DNA of 64,000 bases from Phyllobates terribilis (lineage: Eukaryota), in the NCBI RefSeq assembly GCF_046119375.1, contig NW_027362762.1, positions 329,344,001 to 329,408,000 of the forward strand, written 5' to 3'. The notes under the pieces were generated by a model. It was not told the DNA's origin. It did no database searches and saw only the letters and a list, made by a program, of their open reading frames with translations. The number at the start of each line of letters is the position of its first letter. The stretch's first letter is position 1. Of this stretch, positions 1-11,697 are shown piece after piece. A program made the translations under genes and the position numbers.

Positions 1-2321
1 CAAAGCCATTTCATTTCCACTTATTACACACATATGACTCGGAGATAAACACATGCTTGATCCTTATGGGTGACAACTGACGCTAGGAATAGGGAATCTG
101 TAAAATCTTTGATTGGTACTACGTTAGGCATCTGTATCTCTTAATCGTATGGACCTCACCAATCTCCTTCACCTTGTAGAAAATTGCAATTTAGCTCCAT
201 TCAAGCTCCAAGGGCCATGTGGCAGCTTCCGCTTCATAGAGGATGGACAGACACTACACTGTGCAAAAAAATCATTTATTATGAGGTTTAGTAAAAGTTC
301 TAGCAGGTCCAAACTCAATCAGGAAGTTTAGACAAGGCCTCATATGCCATGATCTGTAACGGTAGCAAAACTCCTTTACGGAACATCTAAGGCTAGCTCT
401 CAGGAACATGATCCAGTCTAATGAAAACAGTAGTATGTGCAGCACAAGACTAATACATAGACCCCGATTCATCATTGGCTTTGTGCCTTTTGATTGGAAG
501 GGCTCGCTCACACTGGCGTATAAATTGGACGGGTGCAATGCGAGAATAAAAAGGGATTGTACTTGGATCAAGGTCATTCAATGAGGCAGTGCAGATCTGA
601 GTATTTTTACTGAAAAAATTGTAACGTGCTGCGATTTCACTACAAAATCTGATACGTGTGATAAAAAAAAAGAAAATCGCCTGCCATATGGACCATCAGA
701 GTGGCATCCGAATTTTACTGATACATTGCAATTCTGTTGCATAGGAAACTGTAAATGGTCCTGTAAAAGATTAATAGCTGCTGAGTAAAAAAAACAGACA
801 GCACATGGATGGCAAGTGAGAAAAAAATTGTACCACTTATCTGGATGAGAATGGGACCGATTTTTTTACGCTAGTGTGAGCATAGCCTTATAGTGACTTT
901 TTTTATTTGCAACTTATTCATTATTTGAATATTTTTTTAAGCTAAAGGAATTGTCCAGTGAAGACGAGATATCACTGTAACTTACAGATCGTGAGAGTCC
1001 AACCACTGAGACCCAGACTGATCTTTATAATGGGGCTGCTGGAAAAAGCTGAGCACAGTGCTCGGCAGCCCATAGGGAATGAATAGAGTGCAGCTCGCAC
1101 GTGCGCACTGCCACTGCATTCTTACAGGGATAGAAGTTCCCCGTTCTGCCAATCGGTGCAGGTCCTAGCGATTAGACCCCCATTGATCAATAAGTCATCA
1201 TATGTCCTGTGAATAGGTGATAACTTTATTTTATTGTGTTTGTGGGCATGGTTTTTCCTTATCCAGATGTTTTAGCCTAATTCATTATTTTTAACTTTTG
1301 GAAATGTTGCAATTTTTTTTTTTTATAGTTGAAGACTAATATACAACGTTTTAAAGCATCATGCCACTTTTTACTCTAAAAGTCGCAAAAAGGTAAAAGA
1401 AAAGGAAGAGAATCTTTGCACGAAATTTATAAACTCATAAAAAGAGCAACGAATACCAGAAGAAAAAAGTAACTGAAAAAAACAACCCATAAATGAATCG
1501 GGGCCATGAAGACCTACTTCAGAATATCTCCAATTTTCAGAATTAGGATATATTCACATCTAGGCAAGTTCTTTGTGGGTATATAATGTCTAAAACACGT
1601 TACACAAGCTTAGGTAACTGCAAAAAAAACGAGATACTGTACAGAAGTTACTAAATCACGTCAAGAACATTTTTGGGATCGTAATTGATTTAAAGCACTA
1701 ACTGCATAGCAGGTACCAGAAGGAACCCTCGAAGTGCAAAATGGCCAATATTAGATATTTGTTCACAGAATATGTTTGGCACATTGAAAGAATTTTGGGC
1801 TAGGAAGCATCTGTGTTACTAACTCTGTTGTATACCTCTATGACAATCTTTACCGTGTCTGGGTATATCATGGCTGTACACATTATACACCGTGGGTTTC
1901 ATCAAAGCAAAGATACAATAATGACACATCAAATGCAGAAAAATGCAAAATACTGAATACAGATTATCTACCTTTGCTACTCGAGTGGTAGAGGCAGGGC
2001 TGGCGCAGGGGCTGAGACTGGCTCACCGCAGCCATCCTTATGCCAGGCACTAATTACAGAGAGAGGACAATTCTTCCAAGAAGGGCATGGAAGCGATGGG
2101 GTTTGTGCAGCTCATCACCAGGAATGCTGAGAGTATCTTGCGGCTGGGGGGTGTATTACCAGCCGGATGATGCTGCTGCTGAGATGAACGCCGGTCGACC
2201 AATGGCTGCTCATCTACAGAGGCATGCTCTGTGCTCATATACATTGGCCTCAGAACAAAGGATGAAGTAGAGAGAGAAGCACTTCAGCTTATAGCGCTCT
2301 GAAGGTCTCCTTCAACCTTGA

Positions 2322-2645
2322 GATGGATAGATGATAGATAGATGCTAGAAAGATGCTAGATGGATAAATAGATAGATGATAGATAGATAAATGATAGATG
2401 ATATATACAGTAGATGATTGATAAATAGACATCTAGATAGATGGATGGATAGATGGATATAAAGATGGTTAGATAAATGGATAGATGATAAATAGAGATA
2501 GATAGATATACAGATAATATATAGATAGATAGATATAAAGATGGATAGATGCATAATAGTTATATGGATAGATAGATGGATATAAAGATGGACAGATAGA
2601 TGGATATATAGATGATTGGTAGATAGCTAGATAGATAGATAGATA
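2322..2645. repeat. (GATA)n/(GGAT)n degenerate microsatellite
   Basis: About 320 bp of gata/ggat/gatg tetramers; explains the spurious Ile/Tyr/Leu-rich ORF at 2345-2554. Confidence 0.95.
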
Positions 2646-3599
2646 TTTTTTTTAAAAAATTGAGGTTGGAGGTTGTTAAAGCCCTGCTGCATTTTTTTTT
2701 TAATGTTACACAATATCAGTTCTCTGAAAACGATTTCAGATTGGCAAGATATCACTGAAACAGGCCATACTTGCTAACACAAGGGCAGATTTAATTGCCA
2801 CACAATAGTACAACATAACACACCACCGGATTCCTATACCGTAGCATCCTGCCATTTTACTAGGCCCCATGCCGTCATGACACAAGCTAAAGCGGCTGTT
2901 ACCAGATTTCACAATACAAACTGTGCACATTATTATATACTGTAGTCTCTTACACTGGATGAGGCTGGTGTTCTTACTTTGAAATTACTTGTCATAATAA
3001 CTGAACAATCCTTTTTTGAAAGTTTTCACCCCTAATGTTATATTTGCATTTTATGAATTTCTTTTTACAGCTGGGATCAGAAAAGATTACATATAAAAGT
3101 AAGTACACCATCCTCATCATGTCGAAGAGATCAACTTTATAAAGTATGCAGTTTGTATTGCAAATTTGGTGACAGATGCTTAAATGGTCATGCTCATAAT
3201 CATACTTCAGGAGCACATCACTCCTATCTCCAGCTAGATGGGAATCATTGCGCCCCTGATAATTGACAGTTCGGCGCAGATTTGCCTCTGCCGTATCTGT
3301 GGAGCGCAAGTGGACTGAAGCTGAATCCAGCCAGCTTTAGACTAGCAAGTGTGCCTTCCTTGCCTAGGAAACCAGCCACTTATAATAGACTGCAGAGGTG
3401 TCTGGCAGCCTGGACAACAAGCAATACACTATAGAATTTTAAAATCCCTTTGTTCTGGAGAGCGAAGAGGATTTTTAATAAGAAATAAATTGCACAATTT
3501 TTTTTCCAACACTTTGCAGTTTTACCTATTATTTATAACAATAAATCCCCTTTGAAGCGGATATCTTGGCCTTTGTAAAAAGAAAAAATTTCCTGGATC

Positions 3600-3944
3600 C
3601 CAGAAACTTACTCAGCTTTTATGCACACACACTGATTACAAGCAAACAGGTCACAGGTGAGGATGTTCCTTTAGTAGCCATTCAAACCCATTTGTGTCAA
3701 ATTATGTGCATGTTATCAGGCCAAAATCACCAGGGTATATGAACTTTTGATCAGGGTCATTTGGATGTTTTTGGTTGTCATTAAAATTTAAAAAGAAAAA
3801 ACACAGTAGTTTGATAATAAATGGCTTCACCCATCCAATAACCATGAGTGGAGAAAAAGTTTTTTTGTTATCATTCATATTCTCTGAAACAAGGCCAAGA
3901 AAGGAAAAATTCTGCCGGGGTATGTAAACTTTTGAGCACAACTG
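3600..3944. mobile_element. Tc1-like terminal fragment
   Basis: Ends in gtatgtaaacttttgagcacaactg followed by TA, a Tc1-type TIR end; no ORF. Left boundary approximate. Confidence 0.55.
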
Positions 3945-4489
3945 TATATGAAGTGTAAAGTATTAAAAGCACAGTAGGGGCATGGACTATTATTTTTGCT
4001 CTGTATTTTGGTCTAGGTGTATCAGCAATGTTCATTTAAATATATACCCATATTATTTTAAATAAAAGTGGGCATTACCAGTGTGAGACCTGTAACAAAC
4101 ACAGAACAGGGGAACTGAACTTTGTCTCATAACAAACACGTTAGTAGCCGCTTCTCTCACAGCTTTGCTGTATTGCACCAATATTGCAGCACAGGTTGCC
4201 TGTGGCATGGAGGCACTAAGAGGAACCTGCAGATGTGATTAAAGGGGTGGATCGAAACAATTTAATTTTCATTCAAAATGACAATCTATTTTCTAGTATA
4301 CTTTAATTAAAAATTCCCTATCCTGCATAAATTACACTATCTACCGTATTTTTTGGACCATAAGACACACCTAGGTTTTAGAGGAGGAAAATAGAAAAAA
4401 AAATGTAAGCAATGGTCATGATGCACTGTTAAGGGGGAGGGGGTCTGCTGCTGACACTGCTATAGGGGTAATGTCCCCCAATTCTGTTA

Positions 4490-5285
4490 CTATCCCCCAT
4501 CCTGGTATATATGGTCCCCTTCCTCCTGTTATACGTGGCCCTCATCCCCATCCTGATATGCGTGGCACCCCTCATCCCCATCCTGGTATGCATATCACCC
4601 ATCCTGGTATGCATGGCACCCCTTGATCCCCATCCTGGTATGCATGGCACCCCTTGATCCCCATCCTGGTATGCATGGCACCCCTAATCCTTCATCCTGG
4701 TATGCATGGCCCCCCTCATCTTGGTATGCATGGCACTCATCCTGGTATGCATGCCCCCCCCCCCTCATCCCTCTTCTTAGTATACATGACCTCCCTCATC
4801 CCTCTTCCTGGTATGTATGGCACCCTTCATCCCTCATCCTGGTATGCAGGGCTGTGGAGTCGGTGTCCATTTTGGTGGAGTCGGAATAAAATGGACCGAT
4901 TCCAACTAAAATATATAATAAATTGGGTACAGTAGTTCAATGCAGTTTGTGGGGAATATTTTTTTTCATAAGAATTTGGGAAAGCTATGAAACGTCCTAT
5001 AAATGTCTGTCCTATTCCTGATCTAAGGGTCTAGACTTTTAGCTGAGATGAATCTGTGCTACAGTAAATTTATCACTTAAAATATGAGCTATGTAGGAGG
5101 GAGTCAGTGTCATGGAAATTGAGGAGTTGGAGGTTTGGCTTGCAGACTCCACAGCCCTGCTAGTATGTATGGCACCATTCATCCCTCTTCCTGGTATGTA
5201 TGGCACCCCTTATCCCTCATCCTGGTATGCATAGCACCCTTCATCTCTCTTCCTGGTATGCATGGCACTCCCTGATCCCCATCAC
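4490..5285. repeat. Variable-unit minisatellite (core catcctggtatgcatggcacccct) interrupted by a hAT MITE
   Basis: Many copies of cctggtatg(c/t)atggcacc on both sides of the 4847-5159 insertion. A pogo/Tc1-like terminus (TA ccgtattttttggaccataagac) at 4344 suggests the array is internal to an older element. Confidence 0.85.
4847..5159 (+). mobile_element. hAT MITE, internal-deletion derivative of the family at 57261-62030
   Basis: TIRs CAGGGCTGTGGAGTC / GACTCCACAGCCCTG; 8-bp TSD ctggtatg / ctagtatg (1 mismatch); left ~170 bp and right end match the ends of the 57261-62030 element. Confidence 0.9.
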
Positions 5286-6929
5286 GCTGCACACAAAAAA
5301 ATAAACAAACACTCTTTCTCACCTCCACTCTGCCGCCGACACGGATCTCACTGTGTGAGCCGAGCATGGCGTTACTGCCATGTGAACTCACACAGGGAGA
5401 TGCTGTGCTGGAATAGTCACTTGAACCTTGTGGGCTCCAATGCAAAATCTCCAACAGGACACCCAACTATCAAAAATCGTTAATAGTATTGATTGGTATT
5501 CTCAAATTGGACAAAAGGAACTTTGTCTCCCCTCCCACAGTCCCCTCTCCAGGGCCAGTGTGTTATTGCCCCCCATGCACTTATTATAGTGTTATGCACC
5601 TGGTCACATGATTTAGTTTGTCTCAGAATTACACCCGCAAACTGTAGGCACACAACATTACGACAGACTTACTAATCCTGGGTTTTAAACTCATAATCGT
5701 TTTAGATACTATGTGGGCACACACAAGAGCAAATCTGTCCCACTGTTATTCTGTGTGTCTAAATTAGTAAATTAAAATTTATACCATAAATACACAATAT
5801 ATACAGTAGCTGCACTTTCCTATACAGTAAGGTTATGCTCAGGCTGCTTTTTCTATGCAAATAAGAAGCTACATTTTACAGTAACAGCAAAAGCTGAGAT
5901 TTCAGAAACCTCATGCACATGGTTATTTTTTTTTACTGACTGCATTTGAGCACTTGCAGCATTTTTAAAATCTGCAGCTTGTCACTTCTTTCAGTGTTTT
6001 GCAGCATTTTTTTACCCATAGAAAGCCATGAGAAAATGCAATAGAAACAGAGAGAAAAAGATTTTGCTGCAACTTTGCAGTGTTTTTGCCGCATTTTTGG
6101 TAAATAAAAACCACTTTATGAAACATGTACTGTAGACAAATCACACATATAATCAGCACAAAAAAAAAAAGTAGCTAAAAAACGCTGCACAACCAGGCAT
6201 TTTGAATGCAAAATTTTTGCTGTCAAGAGAGCAGGTTTTGGCTGCAGAAAAAACCCTGCAAAAACTGTGTGAACGTAGCCTAAGAGATACCCAGCTTGGT
6301 ACATACTAAAGGTGGCCCAGAGGTACCACCCGAAGGAGATAAGTGAAATTAGTCGCCGCAAGAGGAGTTTGTAATAAAACAAGGGTAATAAGCAGCTGAC
6401 AAACACATGCATGCTCTGCGGATGATATATGACGTAGTGATGAACGCAAGTAATCGTTACTCGGGTTTCCCTAGGGTTCTTGGGTATGCACGGAGTATCG
6501 AGGGTGCTCAAGTAACATGTTCGAGTCCCCACGGCCGCATGTTTTGCGTCTATTAGACAACCACAAAACATGCAGGGATTGCCTAATATACACAGGAAAT
6601 ATCTGCATGTTTTGTTGCTGTTAAACATGCGACCGCGAAGACGCGATACTCTGGGCATACCCAGGCAGCCACGGGACCACCTCAGCCGAATAAGCGCTTG
6701 GCTGACAGCTTGTCACATCCATATGGCCTCCCATACAGAAAACAGATTCATGAAAAATTAAACAATTTTTTTTTTTTTTTATATATATACATTTAGGATT
6801 AGCAAATTATTCATTAAAACCAAAGAAACATTTATCAAAAGCAATTTAATTCAGATATTTTCCATCCACTAAGAAGTTTCATCCAAAAAACTCCCGTCTG
6901 GTGCAGGCCAAACCCTGGCATTCAGCCCT

Positions 6930-7159
6930 TCATGGAGAGTCTGTCTGTTGGCTGATGGCACCAAAAGACTGCAGGTTCATAGAGGTTGGCTTGTTGGTAA
7001 AAGGGTGCCACTGTCCCTGAATGCTTGGGCTGTCTGTGTGGTACGGCTTGCGGATACGGATGATATCCAAACCAGACTGGCTGGCCATTTTCTGTATGAG
7101 CTGTGCTATTTCCTCGGCGGTCTTGCTGTTGATGGCCTCTTCTCTGATGCTTCCATTCA
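6930..7159 (-). CDS. MRPL43: Mitochondrial ribosomal protein L43 (mL43), coding exon 3 (last)
   Basis: Acceptor ctgtctccag, phase 1; encodes [58 protein letters not shown]..., stop TGA at 6930-6932; recognisable mL43 C-terminal half. Confidence 0.97.
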
Positions 7160-7970
7160 CTGGAGACAGATATATAGTAAGTGGGAAATTACAAATTAGT
7201 AAAGACAATCTTTTTTCTAATGGTACAAGCTAAAAAGACTATGGCGGCACGTGCCAATTTATTCTACCTGATGGTATATACAGGATTGGCAACCACTTTT
7301 TTGGCTGTTGTTGGCTAAATTTCACAAGCATCAAGTACAGTGCACTAAAACAGCCTCGAGTAATGGATAAATGGGGTATACAGTGTCAGACTGGGGAGCC
7401 AAGGGCCCACTAGTAGCCAACTCCAGGGCCCCTCTTTTCAGCTACATGCAAATGTGACATTATCCTCAATCACAAATTTATATAACAATGAACTGGGTAG
7501 ATTATTAAATGAATAAGATGCTGCCTTTGTCTGTACATAGTGATTCAAGTATATTGTGCCAAATACTGCTCATGTAAGAGGGTGGTGGCCCACCAGAGGA
7601 TTGTCCTGTTCTCCTGTGGGCCAGTCCAAACCTGATCTTGCTTTAAGTGCAGACAATTATCAAGAAATCACCAACAGAACCCAAGTAAAACGGGCAAGCC
7701 CTAATGCTGCTGGCCTACAACATAGGGCCACGGATAGGCCTATTTGGTGGAGCTGAACAGACATGGATTTTGAGAGAGAGTAAAGTTAAAGAGACCAGCA
7801 AAGCGAGAAACTTCAGGACTACGGATACACACTCCATGTCAGACATATGAGGCAAATACAACCAACAAACAACTTCATAATGGAAAATTCGTCATGAAAA
7901 CATTGCTTCATTTACTGAACTGTGGTCTTCTAGGAAATAGAATCTAAGAGTGTAATGTACAGGTACTTAC

Positions 7971-8077
7971 AGTACTCACCCACCAGTTTGGGTACTCTGC
8001 ATTGTTTGGGACTGATATACACAACAATACCAGGATTCTGATTGGCAAAGTCAACGACTTTTTCTTCAATATATTCC
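7971..8077 (-). CDS. MRPL43: MRPL43 coding exon 2
   Basis: 107 nt with AG/GT boundaries (tttcag, gtaagt); encodes EYIEEKVVDFANQNPGIVVYISPKQCRVPKLVGEY; phases join exons 1 and 3 in frame. Confidence 0.97.
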
Positions 8078-8688
8078 CTGAAAAGAAATAAAATGGACAA
8101 ATATGTCATTGTCATTTCCAAATTTATTTTCAGAAAAATATCTAGGCCAGCCCCTCACTGCTGATTAATCTACAGAAGGAGGCTGGCTTATTATAATGAG
8201 CCAGTAAGCCAGCCCCTTCACTTCTCTACTGTATCGGAGCACAGCCGGAAGGGGAATTGTAGTGGACAATTACAAGATATGGAAATTGCATACATTTCAC
8301 TTTTACACACATTTTAAGATATTTTATCCTTCAGATGTGCTAGATTTATGTAATGGGGAATGATTATTTTTGCTGCTGTACACAATTATAATAACTTGGA
8401 TTTTTGACTTTAATCTATACGACCAGCTTTAGATTCTAGCGAAGCCCTATAGTAATGAAACATACTAGTATACTTTACATTTTTATTCCGCACCATTTTA
8501 ACAATGTATGAAATAAATAATGGCTTACATTCAGTGGCTGACAACCTGATGCCGGCAGGTCCAAGTACAGATAACTCAGGGACACATTGGCTCAATCTAC
8601 ACTTTGCAGTTTTGATACAAAAGTGTGGTCAATGACGACACATAACTGAAAGATGCGCTAAAGTCTCATGAATGTCTCGTTACCCTTA

Positions 8689-9516
8689 GGCTGTGTGCCC
8701 ACTATGCGTTTAAGCATTTCCGCAGCAGAAACGCTTAAAAAACGCTTAGTAAAAGGTCTGCCATGTTCCCCAATGATAATCCGCATGTGCTATGCACATG
8801 CTGCGGAAATTTCCGCTGCGGATTATCATTGCGGATAAATCCGCAGCACTACCAATTATTTTGTGGAATCGCGGCGTTTTTGCCGCCGCCATTGACTTGC
8901 ATTGAATAGCTTAATATCCGCATGACTACATGTGCACATGCGGATATTAAGCAATTCAATGTGCGAATGGTACCCGGGTTTGGAGAAGAGGAGACTCTCC
9001 TCCAGACCCAGGTACCATAGCACCTGTAAAAAAAAAAAAGAATTTAAAATAAAAAAATACATTATAATCACCTTCTGATGGCCCCCGGTCTTCTTAGTGA
9101 TGCGTCCTAGCTCCCCGGCAGCTCGCGATGATCTAAAAGGACCTGCCATGACGTCATTTAGTCATGGAAGGTCCTTTAACACAACCGCGAGATACCGGGG
9201 AGACCGGGCGCATTGGAAGGTGAGTATATGTTTTTTTTCTTTTTTTTTTAACTAACTTGGTCACACTATATAAATCCATGCCGGTTTCATGGATTTATAT
9301 AGTGTGACCAAGTTGTCAAGCACTTTCCAAGTGATGCTAAAATCGCTTGGAAAGCGCTTGTCAACCCGCATGCGGAAATGCATGTGAAGAACGCTTCACC
9401 ACCGCATGTCCCTGGCAGGAAAACGCATGTACAATCCGCATGCGTTTTTTCTGCCAGGGAGATGCAGAAACGCTCAGGGAAAATCCGGAGCATTTCTGCA
9501 TCGTGGGCACTTAGCC
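8689..9516. mobile_element. PIF/Harbinger-type MITE (family A), in MRPL43 intron 1
   Basis: TIR GGCTGTGTGCCCAC / GTGGGCACTTAGCC, 3-bp TSD TTA on both sides; homologous to 20072-20953, 50112-50947 and 55469-56298. Confidence 0.85.
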
Positions 9517-9619
9517 TTACATGACCAGACCATACCATGATCATACCACTGCAATACAATTGCTATTGAAAATTAGGTTTATTGGTAACATTTATAATCT
9601 TTCTGATGCTTGTAATAAA

Positions 9620-10640
9620 CTAATCAACAAGAACAATTTAAATCGCTCAACACAACCAAGTGGTTTCTCCAAACTCACCACAAAATGCCACTTTTACTGA
9701 CTACTGCAGTCTCAGAATTATTCAACCCCCTTATTACAAGCGATATTATTACTTAGTAGAGCACCTCTGGCTGTTATGACATGCTGCAAACATGAGGCAC
9801 AGCCAGACACCAGCTTCTTGTAGCGTTCCTGAAGAATCTTGGCCTATCCCTTATGGGCAATGGCCTCCAGTTCACTGATATTCTTGGTTGGCCTAGGAAA
9901 AGGATACAAAGGCATTGAATGTTCCTAGAGATAAAGGTGAAAGCAGAATGCACAAGTTGATAGTTGGATTCTAGAGGAAGCTATCGCCGGCTGCCACCAG
10001 ATTTCAGAGGAGGCAGGTGGTCAAAAACACTGCAAAAGTGACTGCAGCAAGATTTGGAGGCAGCAGACGAGGAGGTTTCAGTTTGAAAAGTCAGGTACTA
10101 AACACTGAAGGTCTCTGTGCCTGAGCTCAAAGATGTCCGCTTCTAATGAATCAAAAGCACAAGCAAAGTTGTGTCAATATGCTGAAAGGAGGAGAAGTAA
10201 TCCACAGAAGGTTTGGAATTCCAGTATGGGGAGCAATAAAACACAACTGGAATTTTTTCGCACCTATGGATCAGTCGGGAAGAGGGGGTGAAGTATATGC
10301 AGAATAGAACATCACACCTACAGCGAAGCATGATGGTGGCTCAGTGTTGGTTTGGCTTCCTCTGGCAACCAGGAAATTATCCATCAAGCATTTCTAAAGG
10401 TCCACCAAGGCTTGCTTACAGAAGCCCTGGAAGATTCTGGAGTGGTCATCACAGTCTCCTTACATTAACCGCATAGAAAATCTTTGGTAGGATTTGAAGA
10501 AGGCATGCAGCATGCAAACCCCAGAATATTAGTGTAGTGGAGGCTAAGATGGGCAGCTTTCTCAATATTGCCAGAAGCTAGTGTATGACTATGCAGCATG
10601 TCTACAGCAGGTTATAACAGCCAGGGGACTATAATCAGTA
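9620..10640. mobile_element. Old, rearranged Tc1 remnant
   Basis: Degenerate transposase-like pieces (KHDGGSV, LNRIENLW-like) with many stops and frameshifts; boundaries approximate. Confidence 0.55.
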
Positions 10641-10735
10641 GTATAGACGCCTGTCATGAATTGGAAATATAAGCAATAATCAATGAATAACAGCCATCCT
10701 TCTACACAGAAGCACATGGCGGCAGTCACATATAC

Positions 10736-10866
10736 CTGGCTCCCCGGGAGGGCTGGGCGTCCTTGCTGAAGATCAGGGTGAGCCTCTTGAGCTGGCACAC
10801 GTACCGCCCGACTCCATTGTGCAGCACACTCTGCAGGAAGCGGCTGGGGGAGCCCCGTGCTGTCAT
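10736..10866 (-). CDS. MRPL43: MRPL43 coding exon 1
   Basis: ATG at 10866; [44 protein letters not shown] is the characteristic mL43 N-terminus; donor AG|GTATAT. Total CDS 131+107+230 = 468 nt, 155 aa. Confidence 0.98.
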
Positions 10867-11023
10867 CTTCAGCAGCCTCTACCCTCCAGCCTCCCAGGGT
10901 GACCCGGCCGCAGGACGTGACGTCACTGTCACATGACCAGCCGAGAAGGGGAGGAGATTACTCTCACACGCCCATATTTCCAAGTTGATGCTCTTTGAGT
11001 CATGTGACCCGGCACTAGGCAGC
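10867..11023. promoter_or_regulatory. Putative bidirectional promoter shared by MRPL43 and GTPBP6
   Basis: 157 bp between divergent ATGs inside a GC/CpG-rich island; CRE TGACGTCA at 10918-10925; inverted pair of E-box/M-box-like motifs GTCACATGAC (10928-10937) and GTCATGTGAC (10999-11008). Confidence 0.8.
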
Positions 11024-11369
11024 ATGCTGCTCCCGCGGACGGTCTGGAGTCTTGTCAGATGTCATTGTCGGAGCGTCACTGCCAAGAAGGGAGTGTATGG
11101 CGGGCGCCCCGGCAGCGGAGACGTGCTCCCTGCGCTGAGGCTGCGGTGCCTGTGGAGCGGCGCACACCACTGCAGTGCCAGGAGACCCGGGGGCTGGAAG
11201 GGAGGAGGGAGCGGAGGCTGGAGCTCCACAGAGGAGGACACGGACGACGACGACGAGGAGGATGAGGATCTCTTAGTCTCTTATGCCACGCCCCTTCAAG
11301 AGGCCCAAAGGATCCTAATAGTGCACCCTGATGTCAAGTGGGGAGCAAAGAAGCCGCGCAGCACCACAG
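11024..11369 (+). CDS. GTPBP6: GTP-binding protein 6 (mitochondrial HflX family), coding exon 1
   Basis: MLLPRTVWSLVRC... Arg-rich, acid-poor presequence-like start, then an acidic patch and QRILIVHPDVKWGAKK (cf. human LVHPDVKWG); phase-1 donor G|GTAGTG. An in-frame upstream ATG at 10988 is an alternative start. Confidence 0.9.
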
Positions 11370-11390
11370 GTAGTGCAGCCCCTGGTGGAC

Positions 11391-11697
11391 CGTAACGTTC
11401 TCCCTCCCCCTTTGGCGCTCTGTAACGTTCTCCCTCCCCCTTTGGCGCTCTGTAACGTTCTCCCTCCCCCTTTGGCGCGCTGTAACGTTCTCCCTCCCCG
11501 TTTGGCGCGCTGTAACGTTCTCCCTCCCCCTTTGGCGCGCTGTAGCGCTCTCCCTCCCCTTGTGGTGCGCTGTAGCGCTCGCCCTCCCCTTGTGGCGCGC
11601 TGTAGCGCTCGCCCTCCCCTTGTGGCGCGCTCGCCCTCCCCTTCAGGCGCACTGTAGCGCTCGCCCTCCCCCCTGTGGCGCGCTGTAGCGCTCGCCC
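11391..11697. repeat. 30-bp GC-rich minisatellite at the start of GTPBP6 intron 1
   Basis: Eight exact-period 30-mers (tgtaacgttctccctccccctttggcgcgc type) from 11391 to 11630, plus about 2.5 degenerate units. Confidence 0.97.

Noticed and set aside
1981-2320. CpG-enriched patch with minus-strand AAGG-ATG GCT GCG|GTGAG resembling a first exon
   Set aside because: Only a short motif; no second exon or recognisable protein found to its left; could be repeat-derived.
6116-6658. 180-aa minus-strand ORF
   Set aside because: Runs across adjacent MITE fragments; no recognisable protein motif.
1-6900. Search for TWNK, SEMA4G or PPP2R3B exons expected from human synteny
   Set aside because: No recognisable coding match was found by eye; absence within this window does not prove absence nearby.
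10985-11023. Upstream in-frame start (ATG 10988) for GTPBP6
   Set aside because: It adds an acidic, non-presequence-like extension and lies within the promoter motifs, so ATG 11024 is preferred; not excluded without TSS data.
11296-11657. Repetitive ORFs (SAPxGEGERY and CNVLPPPLA repeats) and a superficially CRISPR-like periodic array
   Set aside because: These are translations of the 30-bp minisatellite; units are contiguous with no unique spacers, there are no cas genes, and the context is eukaryotic.
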